Shown: piece after piece, positions 9,381-22,757 of the stretch
Layout: each line of letters starts with the position of its first letter
How positions within the stretch are numbered: the stretch's first letter is position 1
Assembly: GCA_051294905.1 (NCBI GenBank)
Contig: CM119371.1
Coordinates: forward strand, 2,234,001-2,298,000
Reading direction: 5' to 3'
Length of the DNA: 64,000 nt
Source: Botryllus schlosseri
Taxonomy: Eukaryota
Made by a program: the position numbers and the translations under genes
The notes under the pieces: generated by a model
The model's database searches: none
What the model was told of the DNA's origin: nothing
Seen by the model: only the letters and a program-made list of their open reading frames with translations

Positions 9381-12300
9381 CCACTTTCTCCTTACTCTCG
9401 CGCCTCTCCAGTTCTGGGTAGTGGGGGGTTGGGTAGTGCTGGGGGTAACTTATCTATTTTGAGCCGTTATGCACATCCTATCTACGTTCATTTCTTGTCC
9501 TGAAAGAAACAAGTGTGCACCGAGGCTGCTGTGATTTCGATTGAAGCTGTTCTACTGACAATGATCTTACCTGCTACTGACTAAAATACACCACGTCAAC
9601 TTGTAAACTGTGTTTATTCACCCAGACGGGGACAGGAGGCAGTGTGAGTATATAAGTATAATACGACTAAACTACGGAAACATCGTAATCATGTGATTAC
9701 ACAGTAAGTTATTAAGCAACCAGACGCGACTAGCAATATATGGTAGCTTCGTAAATGGCTATGACAGGTTTGCAGTTTTTGTGACTAGACTTGAATCGCG
9801 TCAATTTATAAAATATGGCAATTTGTCTATTGACTCGACTTGTACTTGCGTCAATGAGCCTGACTCAGACTCAATTATCAACACTGTGACTCGACTTAAG
9901 CTTTTGAACCCTGACTATGGCTCGGTGCTGAATTGAATATGACTCGACTCGTATCGAGTCAAAATTATGAAAGAAGAATTAACTTGTGACTCAGGACCTC
10001 GCGACTTGGTAAGCACCATGGGACACAGCTTACGACCTAAGTGCAACAATTATTGAAGCGGCCTTGAACGAAAGGTAATGCTGATTTTAATCTGGTCTGG
10101 GCACTGTAACGCGCCCCAAAATTACCATGACATTGATAAAAATCGTCATAGTTTAGCACCGACAAAATGATCACAAAAATCAATCAATGTGGCGTTTCAA
10201 TTGTTCGCTACAAAGCTCGAATACAGGGGTTGTTACCAAGTCACAAGGTTCCGAGTCCCAAGTTAATCTTACTTTATACTTTTGACTCGAATGAGTCGAG
10301 TCATTTTCAATTCATCCCCGCATGAAATCCGAGTCGTTTTACGGAGGGTCGAGTCAGTGTCCAAGTCATTGCGCTCACAGTTCAGTTTCGAGCTCATGTA
10401 ATGTTCAAACCAAATTTTTACAACTATGCTTGAGTGATATCAAATGCCTCACATTCATTATATGCTGATTTCCATCATTTCTAACAGACTTTGGCCCTAA
10501 ATTGATGTACGAGTACTGATAGACGAAATACAGATAATAATGCAACTTTACTATATTGGAAAGTTGCAATGAAATGTAGTATCGGCTGCTAGAGTTTTGA
10601 GTCGTGTGACTTGAGCAGGACTCGAGTTTACTGGAAAAGGCGTGAGCGTATTTCGAAACGAGATCGCCAAACAATCTGTGTCTGCCAGTCGCGTCTTCCT
10701 TTGATTTCCTGGCCTCTCCCCCGAACGCTGTCTATTCTCGCTTGCCTTTGGCACTCAATCGTTTTTCGTGACTTTCTGCTGCTTGGACACGCTGTTGAGT
10801 TCTCTGCTACGTCGAACTTGTACCACAATCTTGCTCTTTTTGGTTTCGTATCATTCATCAACGCTGGCTGTCGTACTGACTTTAATTGAAACGAAAGTAT
10901 AGTCGCATCTGTGGAATATGTAGATCGAATGTTTTCCCATTCTGGAACCCAGAGTTTTGTAACGTTCTCTGTCTTTTCCTGTGAGCGGCTGAATATTCCG
11001 ATGACTTTCTGTCAAAACTTGGCGGTTTGCGTTTGATTTAGTATCGCTTCATTCGACGAGTCAATTTCCTGTACTTAGGCTTCCGTTTCGTGAGAAATTT
11101 GGCTTTACGCTGTCCTTTGTATTCCAAAACTTCCCTAAAAGGTAGGAATCGGTTGATTTGAGCGGGAAAAATAGCTCTCAAATCACAGTAAATTGATATA
11201 TTTTCTAAAATATTGGGCTTATCACAATGATCAAAGGACCGCGCATCTGAAATCGGTATTACCTCTACCAATTTGAGTCAACTAGAAAAATTATTCGTCT
11301 CCTTACTAATAGGGCTGTGCGAAATCGACTACGTGATGGATTCCATACTGAATAACACATTAGGCTTCGAGCCCGGTGGAGTATTCGAGTATCACTGATT
11401 ATGACAAAATAACAGTATTTGAGATGTCAAAGTTCATATATATACCTTTTATGCTACTACAAAGAATATCATGTCCGCACTTTGATATTTCATCAACAAT
11501 GCCTATCTCATTGCACTGTGACAATGCTGTTGGTCGATCATGACTTCGGAAATATGTTAATCCCAATAACATTCATAGCTTTGCACTACATGTTCCGTAG
11601 GCTCCGATATGGCCAGTCGAGATTGCAATGTTCCAACAGTAGAAAATACCGTCGAAACTATATTTCTCATTATTTAATTACATTTCATCGGAAAGGAGCG
11701 TAAAATATCAGCACTCCCAAAATTTCACTAGTCGACTAGAATCATTACATATATTAATTGAAGCAGATTCGAGTATTGATATCATCGTGACCAGCCCTAC
11801 TAACCACTACCACTGCTATTTTTAATATGACGTAGAGCCGGCATTATATTCTTTGTGGTTGCATGAAAGGTACATATTTGCACTTTCCACATTACCCATA
11901 CCCCTATGAGTAGTGGTACTTGACTTGATGCCTAATATTCGATTCATGGTCAAATCACTCGGACACTCGATTTTCACAAACCCTATCAATGAATACTGCA
12001 AGGAGCTTGTCAGTGGTCATCAACTTTTACAAAACATCATGTTTCAATAATGAGTGGCAGTATCTCAAAATCCATTCGGGTGGCCAACAAGTTCTACATC
12101 CCATTAAGAGCGTATTCTTTCACATACTATTTCAGGCTTCACTGAGTATAATATGATTGGCTGGTATGCAGACTTGTACAAGCTACCGATCTAGTTAGTT
12201 CGCAGTCAACTAACAACTGGTTTTTTGATTAGTTATTGTTTTGGATTTTGAAAAACGAGTAGATTTAGTTTCAGTAGCGCATTAAACTAACTAGCTGCCA

Positions 12301-15300
12301 ACATTTCGGAAACTCGCGTCATCGTGATCCCGGCGTTTTATCTAGCTCAGAGTCATCACTGCAGAGACTGGCGTGGCCAGGGTGTTGGGAGTTTACAGCA
12401 TCCCCATTTTAACAAGAAACCCTGTCATTTAGAAGTACTGATTCTCTATCCAATATTTCTTATCTCGTTAGCAATTCAGTAATTTGCATTATAATGCAAT
12501 TTAATGATAATTATCAGTGCTGCCAATTATCGACAATCGACAATGCACAGCGACATGCGATCTAGTTAGCTAGTTGCAGATCTTTAAAGGTAGCTGTTTT
12601 GCGACTTTTGTAGTTAAGTAGGCGGATCGAGCTCTAGTTGCGCCTCCCGCATATCCAGTAATTTGTAGACGTCAGCTGGTATATTTTATTTCAAGAAATT
12701 ATGAAAGATTCTTCCTTGTTGACTGAATTATTACCAAGTGTTGTCAAGGAGGAATAAAAGCAGAAAATAGACCAGAAAATTAGAAAAGCCTATGTGTAAC
12801 CTAACGTCACCTGTTTCCCAATCAAAATTCGGCTATGGGCCGCTTGATCAGCCCGAGATTGTCTGGATTGTTACTGAAACTTTTCAAAGCGTGCTCAGCA
12901 TTGCTTATGCTTGTTTAAGGTAATGAACACGTTTCCAACGATATTCCAACTCCATCTTCATTGAAAGTCTTCGGATCTCTCATCACTCCAGATTTTGTGA
13001 TGACTAAGCCACGTCAAACTTTTCATTCAGACAAGAGAAGTTCCTGAAAACATAATGGCATCAGTTTATCGAAGTGCTCATAGAGTAAATGTGTAAGTTG
13101 GTCGCAATGAAAATATATATAGTCGAATCTGTTCAATTCAGACACTTTGGTTCCTCTCACTTTTACCCAAATTAAGCGGAAAATCAATTGTTCGCTTCAT
13201 GGTTGAGAATAAAGGAGCATGTCACATTCAATATACAGTACTGTGGTGGAATAAATTATTTACAGCTGAGCTATACTGCAGTATTTGGCACGTATCGCAT
13301 AAAGCACACATCAGTTATACCTTGAGGTTAGTTGTCTTGTAGCACAATGTATTTGGACACCAAACCATTCCTTAAATACCGTATTACTGTGTAACACAGG
13401 CATATAGGTGTCAAATTGTACTTTTTGACATCCAACCAACTGTCGCACTGTCGAGCATACAGTACTCTGTATAATTTCAATTTTTATGGTGGACTTCTTT
13501 GTACCAATCTTTTCTACGAAATTAACTGTGGGTATGCAACTGACACAGCCTTGCATGAGTTCATTGTTGAATGTTACTGCAGTAATACATGGATCGTCAT
13601 TGTTTTATTATAATCCCTCGATTTGTTATAAAACGAGTGAAGTACAGCTTTTGTGCCACACAGGAGTTGCAACCCTGTGTTATTGCTTACATGTCATTTA
13701 AAGGCCAAATAAAGCGATTACTTGGATTACCCCCATTAGAGAGATGTTTACACGTGCACTGGGCCTGTAGGCGATACTGCTGCAAGCAAAAATACACAAC
13801 AGCATTTCTCAACTTGATCAGCCGTGCCGGTAAAATTTCCAAAAACGTCACCGCGGAATGTGATAACAAAAGTATGAGATTCACAACAAAGAATCTGAAC
13901 ATTAATTTAGTGAGAAATTCGTTGCTATCCTTTTGATATCACACACATGGTCAAGATAATTCTAGTTGTCAAATTATACTAGTTAGGAGAAAATGCCGGT
14001 AATCTAATTTTAAAATAATTTGTGAAGTGTTTCAAAGCCGCAATTTCAATTCTAATCTAACTTCTGGTTTTCCCGAACACGTTACAGGTGAACCGCACCA
14101 TGCGGAACGAGTCAAGGTTGGTGTGCAGACATTTGTCATTCTCACACTTATCAGAATGAGGTTTGATCTGATATGAACCGAACACCATTCCATGTCCAAG
14201 TTTTCGTGAATTGAGTATTTCTAAGTTCAATCTTATTTGACTCTAATTCTAATCTAATTAGGAAAAGAATGTCTAGGTATAATTCTAGTCTGATTTGTAT
14301 CCATCATTTTAATTCCAATCAAATTTGGAGAGCTAAAAACGATCTATTTGTGCAAATCAGGCTCAGCGCAAATCCCTGGGGTTATCGTATGAAACCCGGT
14401 AAGGGACCAGTGCTCTAAGGTAATTACTATCTATGATGGTAGTTGTGATTCTGACATACCTTCAATTTTTACCGTTTATACTTCTAGGATTGTGAACTCA
14501 GAGTCGACTTGTGGAGAAAAAGACTTGAATATCCCAGTTTGACCCGTTTTGCATTTTCGATCTTTTCACGTTTCTTCCATTCTGTTGCGTTGAGACTTTC
14601 AGTGGCTCACGTTCCTACACAGAAAACCACAAGTGGTGAATGTAGTCAATATTGCAATTTTTTACAAGTGGTAATTGGTTAACGGGAGGGGGCTACTTTC
14701 GAAGTAGCTTCACGATGAAAGCATAATGATTCATGACACTAACACACAATACATAGGTAGAATCTTCGTAATATTCTAAATTACCTCGACACAGGGGGCT
14801 GTAATTCACTGCGATAAGTAATGCTACTTACCACAAAACTACTTTCTACTTTTTAATATTTAAATTGCAAAAGTAAGTAGTCTGGTCTGAAAGTTGAAGT
14901 GGAAATAATTTAAAAACATAACCACTTGAACTGCTAGTTCAAGTAGACAATATCAACTGAAAGTTTTCAGGAAACAAAATAGAGTCAGATGCCAAGCGAT
15001 TAGCAATTTTCAGAGCAGACCAAAACTTCGAGTTGAAACAGCGAACGTGAGCTTTCAAAGTTAGTAGATAATAGCTGCTAAAATGAGTCAAAAAGGTTGA
15101 GAATAATCAGACGATGTCCAGTCATACGGGAACTATAACATTTGGATGTTATGATGATTCATTATGATACAAATGTATTGGAACATTACGTTGATAAAAT
15201 CAGTAATGCGAACGTTTATTATACCGTACCATGCCATAGACCACATTGCAGGTCTGCCAAATATAGTACGATTTTAAATCTCAATTTCAGAAATGTACGC

Positions 15301-15994
15301 GAGTTCATTAGTTACTGAATTGATTCAGAAATTTGGAACGAATTTCCTGCATCGTGTCATGACAGAGCTGATAACCTACTTTGGACTTGGCATGCATCAA
15401 GATTCAGAATACTGCAATTCTTGTGTCATACTGTGTAAAAGTTGCCCACCCCACAACTGGTACAAGAATATTTACATGTGAAACCCAAACCTGCGACCAA
15501 GTCGCAAGGTTCCAAGTCACAAGTCCAATAAACTGTTAGGCTAAAACTTCGGCTCAAGTCAAGTCAAATCATTTTCAATTCACCACCGAATCAAGACCAA
15601 CTGCACGTGAGGGAGCAATGCGCCGAGCCTGAGTCATTGTGTTAAGACTTGAGTCGAAGTGAGTCATTTTGCGTTAAGAAAATAACTTGACTCAAGTTGT
15701 GCTGAACGAAAAATTGTGGCTCGAGTCATTACAACCCTGCTAAAACCTAACTTGTTAACCTGACTTGTTAAAAAATTGTTGTTTTTACTGTACTATTTGG
15801 AGACCACCGAGAGTATGATTAAGTCCAGCCCACAACAAGGTTGCAATACCAAAGTCAGAGACAAGGCGCTAATTTTCGTTTGTATATTCCTATAATGTTG
15901 AATTGCATAAAATCTGGAGGCAGTTTCATGCTATCGTGAAGAATGGGGGTATTAATTGTGAGGGATATATAGAGCAGACAACAAGATGGATAAA

Positions 15995-16628
15995 AAGGGC
16001 TGTTCAAAACAATTTTTTTCTTTGGAATTACACTGACTACTTGATAAAATTATTATGTTGGCTAAAACAACGCTGCACATCAAATTTGACTCAATTCCAA
16101 CCCAAGTAGAAGAAAAATTCTTGTAGTAGAAAGTTTTGAATTTATCATTAAAAAAAATAAAACACTTTCTTCTGACCCCATAAAATTGTTAGGCTGTCAG
16201 TATCGATGATGCACACCAATTTTGGCTCAATTCCCACCAGTAGAAGCCTAGTTATTGTGGTAGAGAAATTTGGGTTTGAGTAAAATAGTATTTACCGTGA
16301 CTAATTCTTAAATTGTTATTTATTATAAAATCATGGAATTAGAAGTTTTGCTACTGCAATAACTTCGCTTCTAGTGGTTTGAATTGAGCCGAATTTGGTA
16401 TGCATCATCTCTACTGGCAACCTAACAATTTTATGGAGTAGACAGATCAATTTTCAAATATATTATATATTTTTCATATGATAAATTAAAAAAAAATACG
16501 GCAAGAATCTCGCTTCTACTCGTTGGAATTGAGTCAAATTTGGTGTGCAGCGTTGTTTTAGCCAACATAATAATTTCATTCCGTAGCAAGTGAAATTGGA
16601 AAGAAAAAATTGTTTTTGAACAGCCCTA
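15995..16628. mobile_element. Complete palindromic MITE (TAGGGCTGTTCAAAA family)
   Basis: Both termini present (agggctgttcaaaa ... tttttgaacagcccta); arms are inverted copies around an AT-rich centre near 16320. Confidence 0.85.
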
Positions 16629-17651
16629 ATGGAGATAGAGGCAGGCATTGATTAATACTATTCTGGTCGAATAATGTGATAGCTCCAGTTAGAGTCGATA
16701 TAATACGCCCTAGTAGAGTTGAGATACTGGTTAGTGGATACCATTGATGCTATTCAAGTAGATTGGTGAAATAGTTACTGGCAGCGCAGAGTCGAGATTG
16801 TTACCGAAATTGATGCTATTCCAGTATAGTTGTGACATTGTCCATCGGTGGCATGGTCGACATTGACTATATAGGTACACCCACATTTTTACGGATATCC
16901 AAATATACAGTGTCACTTTGAAACTATATTTTGCGGTATCGAGAGATATATGCCGGGAAATGTGCCGTTTGAAAATACAAGTGTCATAAATATGAATAGC
17001 GCTCGTAAATGTGTTCGGAGGTAGAGAATCACCGACTGTTTTCACACGGCTATGGACTGCATCATTATTACTGATTCAAAGTGGAGGGAGGAAATCATTC
17101 CCATAATTCGAATTTTTCGTTGGCTTGAGCCAAGGCATTTACTTGGAAAACGGAAGTGGCACATGACTCAACTCGACTGGAGACGCTTTGTATATTGACT
17201 CGACTAGTACTCGAGTCGTGGGGTATGATTCAACCAACACATATGACTCAAGACAGTCTATATGACTTGATTCAAGTTCGCGTAACAGGTTGAGGAACTG
17301 TTTGGGACTCGAGTCTAGTCATGAATCGAGCTATTGCAAGTCTGAATTTGCTACTGTTCATTATCGGCTAATGGAGAAGATGATTGTCGCAATTTGAAAT
17401 TTACTAACAAATTAGTACCTCAAGCCGGCGGTGCATTGTCTCAATCTACTTATTAATGCTAATGACACAAGTACTGTTCAGAACTACCGCATTGAAATAT
17501 TACTTCAAGTAGTTGCAACAAAGCTGGTAAATCACTTGTGATTGCTTGAAAATGAACAGAATTACTGCTACATAAATCGCCAGATAGCGTGTAAAGCTAG
17601 AGCCAGGGTAGTAATGACTCCACCCGAGTCGGACTCGAGTCATTATCTTAA

Positions 17652-19857
17652 CCCTAGACTGCTCAGGTGGATTATCGTTACACGATCGCTCTGGTGGGGT
17701 CGATTAGACCCCAGCAGTTAATATGCTTTTTGTCTTACCAATTTCGCTATACAGCTGTCTAATAACCTCTTGCATGACGTTATAACGATGCATCTTCCCT
17801 TTTTGAACCCTATTGTCTACCCATTGCAAAGTTCCGGCTGAGGCGTAACGCCAATACGCAAATAGCGATATGGGGTCAAACACCCCCCAACAATTAATTA
17901 TAATAACAAAGAAATAGCAACAAGTCAAGACAATACAATACAACAATGCAACAGAGTAACAACGACAACAACAAAGTAGATTCAATCCGAATCATCCGGC
18001 TCCATGCACTCTTGACATGTCACTATTTTCACAGAGTATGTTTGGCAGACAATTTCCCACATTTTCCACTTTTCTCTGTTATTTTCCGGTCTTATGCTCT
18101 ACCGCAAAGACAGCATCTGCCTCGTGCAGCTTTGGAGAGCTTTGCTGGTGCAATTGTACTGTCTTCTCCCGGAAAAATTCTTTTAGACGCGATTTTGTGC
18201 GGACGCGCAAGTGAGTATTTTTTTCTTTGCCTGGACACTGCATTTCTCTTTGTTAGGGTCAGTGCAATTTCCATTGCAAATCCTTTGTGTGTTTGTTTCT
18301 TCGCGCGGTTACATTTAGCCAGCAAAGATAATATATAGCCGTTGCATGCAGACAAGTTCATCAATCCAAAGAAGATCGTCAGAGGCCAGCGCTTACTATT
18401 GCGAGAACAGGAATAGTTTGCCACCATTCTGTCTGCCACGTCGACGCCACCTTTTGTTTGATTATAAAATGTTATTATATCTGATTTCCGAGCGTCACCA
18501 GAGCTTTCATCAATTTTATCATCGTGATGCTGGCTGCTCACCATGGTAAGAATTTTCTTTGAGCCTTTGCCCTTTGGAAGATATGACAGCAGTGTCATAT
18601 ATTTTTGAAATCCAAAAATGCTGCTGTACACCTCCCTCCCCCGCAGAGAAATGAACGCAGGAGGTATCTCTCTCTTGTTCTTTCAAAGGGTGCCAACTGC
18701 TGTCAGTTTATGGTCGTGAAGCAATGATGTCATCAAGGGTATACTGGTGTACCAGTTATCGGATGTGATGTTTCTGCCAGATCCTGATATATCAGACACC
18801 AGCCGTGTCACTTCTTCTTTGGCCGAGTTGTCGACTTTGTACGGCCAGTCCAGTTACGTCCCGCAATAAATTTCAAAATTGTAGGTGTAGCAAGTCTTTG
18901 CATCACACAGGGCATGTAGTTTGATGTCATATTTTGCCGGTTCGTTTCGAATAACTGTCGGAAAGAACACCGTCCTCGAAACCCCCAAAGCATTTCGTCA
19001 ATTGTCACAAATTCAGACAACACGTAATTTCTCTTGAAGGTGTTCAATATCATATCCGATATTGTTCGAATTATCGCAAATTTGTCATTTTTTCTATCTT
19101 CGCGTGTGGTAATGTCATCGAGCCGAAGACATCGCCAAGTGAATCGGAATCTTTCGCATGACATTGTTACCTTGAAGATATCAAAACTCATCAAGTGACA
19201 ATCATGAGCTTTATGAACCCCAGCCAGAAGAAGAAGACCAATGACAGCTTCCATCTCCACTGAATTACTTGGCCCTACCCTGCACTTCTCTTTGTGGTTT
19301 TGGGCTTCTTCAGGTGTCTTCTTGTTTGTAAATTCAACAAGTAAATCTATCACTTGTGGTGTAAAGAAGAGCTTCCAATAATCAATGCAGTTATTAGCTT
19401 CTAGTGCGGGCCCAGTGAGACCCGGTGAAAACTTTATCATATTCGCTGCACTTCGACTGGCAGTCGGAGCAATCTTTCTCCAAAACGTGGTACCGTCTTT
19501 TCCTAACCACCCATCACTGCCAGCTTCACCTTCTTCAGGATTTTCTTGATCATCTAGTAGACTGCAAGTGACAGAACCAATGCCAAGCAGCAACTAAAAG
19601 TCGAAATCCATCCGATCACAATGAGGAGATAATTACTTAGTCTGCCCACTATACTTGCAAAATCAGACCCATGCGCAATCAATAGCTCATTGCGGCGAGG
19701 TATTAGCGATAATCAGCTAATGCTTTATTCGGAATGATAGTGTATAACACCATTGAGGATTACATGTCTGGAAAGAACAATCCGACCGCACAAAAAAATA
19801 TGTCTCACATTTTTGTTCGCCTGGGGTCTATTTGACCCCAACCTGAGCAGTCTAGGG
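17652..19857 (-). mobile_element. piggyBac transposon, both ends intact, transposase disrupted
   Basis: TTAA TSDs at 17648-17651 and 19858-19861; perfect 17-bp TIR CCCTAGACTGCTCAGGT; inserted into a GACTCGAGTC-repeat MITE. Confidence 0.95.
17985..19593 (-). pseudogene. piggyBac transposase pseudogene
   Basis: Frameshifted fragments with FVTIDEML (first catalytic D), ITSDNW near 18760 (second D), YNQTKGGVDVADR (third D), KRWPL and a degenerate Cys-rich tail. Confidence 0.9.
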
Positions 19858-20822
19858 TTAAAATTGGAAAATGATTTGATTTCAATCACTTCGTCTTTTG
19901 ACTCGAATCGAGTCATTTTCAAATTTCAAGACATTGACTGCGTGTGAGTCATTTAAAAAATTGCAAATGACCGTTTTGTGAATTTTATTGAAGTTTGACA
20001 ACCACTGGGTTACAAGAACATAATTGTATTGCGCCTACAATGTCGATCTCAATTCCAATTGTGTCTTGAAAAGTATGTCGCGGTATTAAACTCACCTCGT
20101 ATTACAATTGAAAATGCCGTTGCTTGAAAGTTGCAAATTGCTTGAATCTGATCGATAAAAAGACCTTGTCTGTAATGACAAAGGAAAGATACTTCGATTC
20201 AAAATCGACTCAAATTCAAACTTTACAGTCAACCAATGTGTTGAGACTTTTTGTTACAGACAGAAGTAATCATATCGGTGGTGATGTCACAGAATAAAAA
20301 ACTCTCCTATCCGAGATCATTGATTTGGCGATCAAAGAAAATCTGAACTTACCCATATGGTGCCTTTCAGTCCGTTAGACATTGATGTTCGTCAGATTAC
20401 ATCTGATCGGTTGAGATTGCCGTACGAATGTCTTTATGATCCAACTGATGAGCATCGTATGAATGGGACTTAAAATGATATGTCACGTGATGATCTTCCA
20501 TAGGCAAGGTCTCTGTTAGAAGAGGGACGACGTCGAAATTTGACAAGGTCATTTCAATTCCCATACACATGATGTAGGTTGACATGCAAAAGGTATGACA
20601 TAATTGCATATTGGAGGGTGTGCGATCTAACTTCCTACTGACCATGGTAGCGTACAGTAGCGCAGTGTATTTTAAGATTCAACACACCATGAACAGCATA
20701 CATACAACACACAATTTAATAATTCGTTGAACCGATAGCAGACGATATAGATAATAATAAGATCTTGGTTGCTTTCACACCTTATTTAACGTCCACTTGC
20801 AAAGTAATAATTATATTTATTG

Positions 20823-20857
20823 CACGAGCTTTCGGAGCGCCGCTCCTTCATCAGGTG
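20823..20857 (-). ncRNA. Minimal type I hammerhead ribozyme in the PLE terminal region
   Basis: CAC-CUGAUGA-AGGAGCGGCGCUCC-GAAA-GC-UC-GUG: intact core, stem I CAC/GUG, stem II GGAGC/GCUCC, palindromic AGCU; AATAAA follows; same strand as the PLE ORF. Confidence 0.9.
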
Positions 20858-21074
20858 TTAAAGTGAAAGTAACGCAAAAGATTTTGAATTCAAACATATG
20901 CATATTGTGACATCATAGACAAAAATACTTTCCGATCAGAAAAATGTGTGCATTTATGACGTCATAAACAGGAAAGTCGAAGTTCGTATTTTAAACGGCT
21001 ACAGCAAGTTGTGGCACTGAAAATGAGATTTGATAGAGTGTTTACAGTACTTGAATGTACACCCGCCGAATATA

Positions 21075-22757
21075 TCAACTGCAGCTCCGCATGGTGTAAT
21101 GTGACATGCAGCCTCGATCAATATTTAGCCCTTGGTGGAACGTGTTAAATAGGTCGATGTATTTTTGTTCTGTGGCCTTGCGCATGATTGAGTTCTCGAT
21201 GTTCCCGGCCAACACGTTGATTATCATATCATTTGCTGAGTGTCCTGCTGAAGAAAAGTGCTCACCGACAGGCTTCGATCTGTTGCATTTAGAAATATCG
21301 TGTCGATGACCATTTATTCTCTTATGGAGTGGTTGACCAGTTTCTCCAACGTACCAGGCATTGCCACATCCATTTCGGCAACGAATTAAATATATCAAGT
21401 TATTGGACTTGCATGTGTAGTGGCCATTGGTCTTGTGCTTGGTTTGCCCTCTGCAAATCACGGTGCTGATATCGAGAATCGCACATGTCTTACACGATGC
21501 TTGTCCGCAATTTTCTACGCCGTTTTTCTGTCTTGAGCGAGGTAGCCTGCTGTTCACCAAGATGCTCAGCAAGTTTCGTGGCTGTCGGATGGCAAGGAGA
21601 GGCCTTTTTGGAAATACCTTTTTACATTTTGGATCATTTTCCAATATCCGTTGGTGTTTCCGTAAAATACTGCGGATCTTTTCAGCTCCAGGAAAATATG
21701 TAGTAACCAGAGGCACTCTGCGGTCGTTTTTGTCGTCGTCATTATTATTATTGGTACTGCAATTGAGAAGTTCTTCGCGTGGAACGTTGATGGCCTTGTT
21801 GATTTGACTTTTTATCAGATGTTGATCATAGCCTGATTTTATTAGTTCATCCATTAAAACTTGCAGATGATTATCCCTGTCGTCTTTTTTTGAACAAATT
21901 CTATGTATTCGGAGAGCTTTGCTGTATATTATGCCTTTTTTACAATGCATCGGATGAAAACGGTGAAAGTTCAAAATTTTACCGGAGTCCGTTATTTTGC
22001 GGTAAAGTGATGTGGTAACATACCCTTCTTCAATTTGGACGAGTGTATCGAGGAATGGGACTGCGCTCGTCGAGTTTTCCATAGTCAGCCTGATATTTCG
22101 ATGAAAGTCGTTCATCGACTCGTGAACACTTTTTAGTGACGCTTCGCCGTGGGTCCATATCATAAATATATCATCGATATATCTTGTGTAGAATATTGGC
22201 TGTAATTTTTGCGTCTCCATAAAATCTTGTTCGAAATGGTGCATGAAGATATTTGCATACTGTGGAGCGAATTTCGTGCCCATTGCCGTACCTTGAAGTT
22301 GGAGAAATATATCGTTATTAAATTCGAAGGTGTTATGCGTCAGCGTGAATCTGATAAGTTCCATGATGCTTTCTTTCATCGGGTGTCTGCTTTCGTCTAA
22401 GGATCTTTCAACAGCTTCCATACCATCTGTATGTGGAATACTGGTGTATAGTGATGAGACATCCATGGTAGCTAATATCGTGCCCTTTTTCAATTCCTTG
22501 AAATTGTTGAGTTTGTTCAAGAAATCTCTAGTGTCCCGACAAAAACTTGGTGTTCTTTTTACCAATGGTTTTAGATGTGCTTCCACGTATCCAGATATTT
22601 TTCTGTTAGCGTGTTGTTGCACGAGACGATGGGACGTCCAGGAATTTTCGCCTTGTGTATTTTTGGAAGCAGATAAAAGCGGCCGAGACAAGGATCAGGA
22701 GGCATGTTGATTTTCGATTTCTCATTTTCGCACATATCTAAAGATTTAATAATGTCT
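21075..22757 (-). pseudogene. PLE reverse transcriptase + GIY-YIG endonuclease with one frameshift
   Basis: MDVSSLYTSIP, QGTAMGTKFAP, YTRYIDDIF, CGQASCKTC linker, IYLIRC...WYVGETG...R...H...HF...GLN; the N-terminal RT motif RFYLLPKIHK...PGRPIVSC is in another frame upstream of the A-run at 22598-22602. Confidence 0.9.

Larger units (their letters stand above)
20750..22757 (-). mobile_element. Penelope-like retroelement (Neptune-type), 5'-truncated
   Basis: RT plus GIY-YIG ORF followed by a 3' region carrying a hammerhead motif; coding similarity stops at about 22757 against a hAT-type MITE. Ends approximate. Confidence 0.9.

Noticed and set aside
20353..20512. Exon-like block with good splice sites (similar block at 12811-13043)
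   Set aside because: In-frame stops in the best frame and no recognisable protein; could be UTR or pseudo-exons but unsupported.
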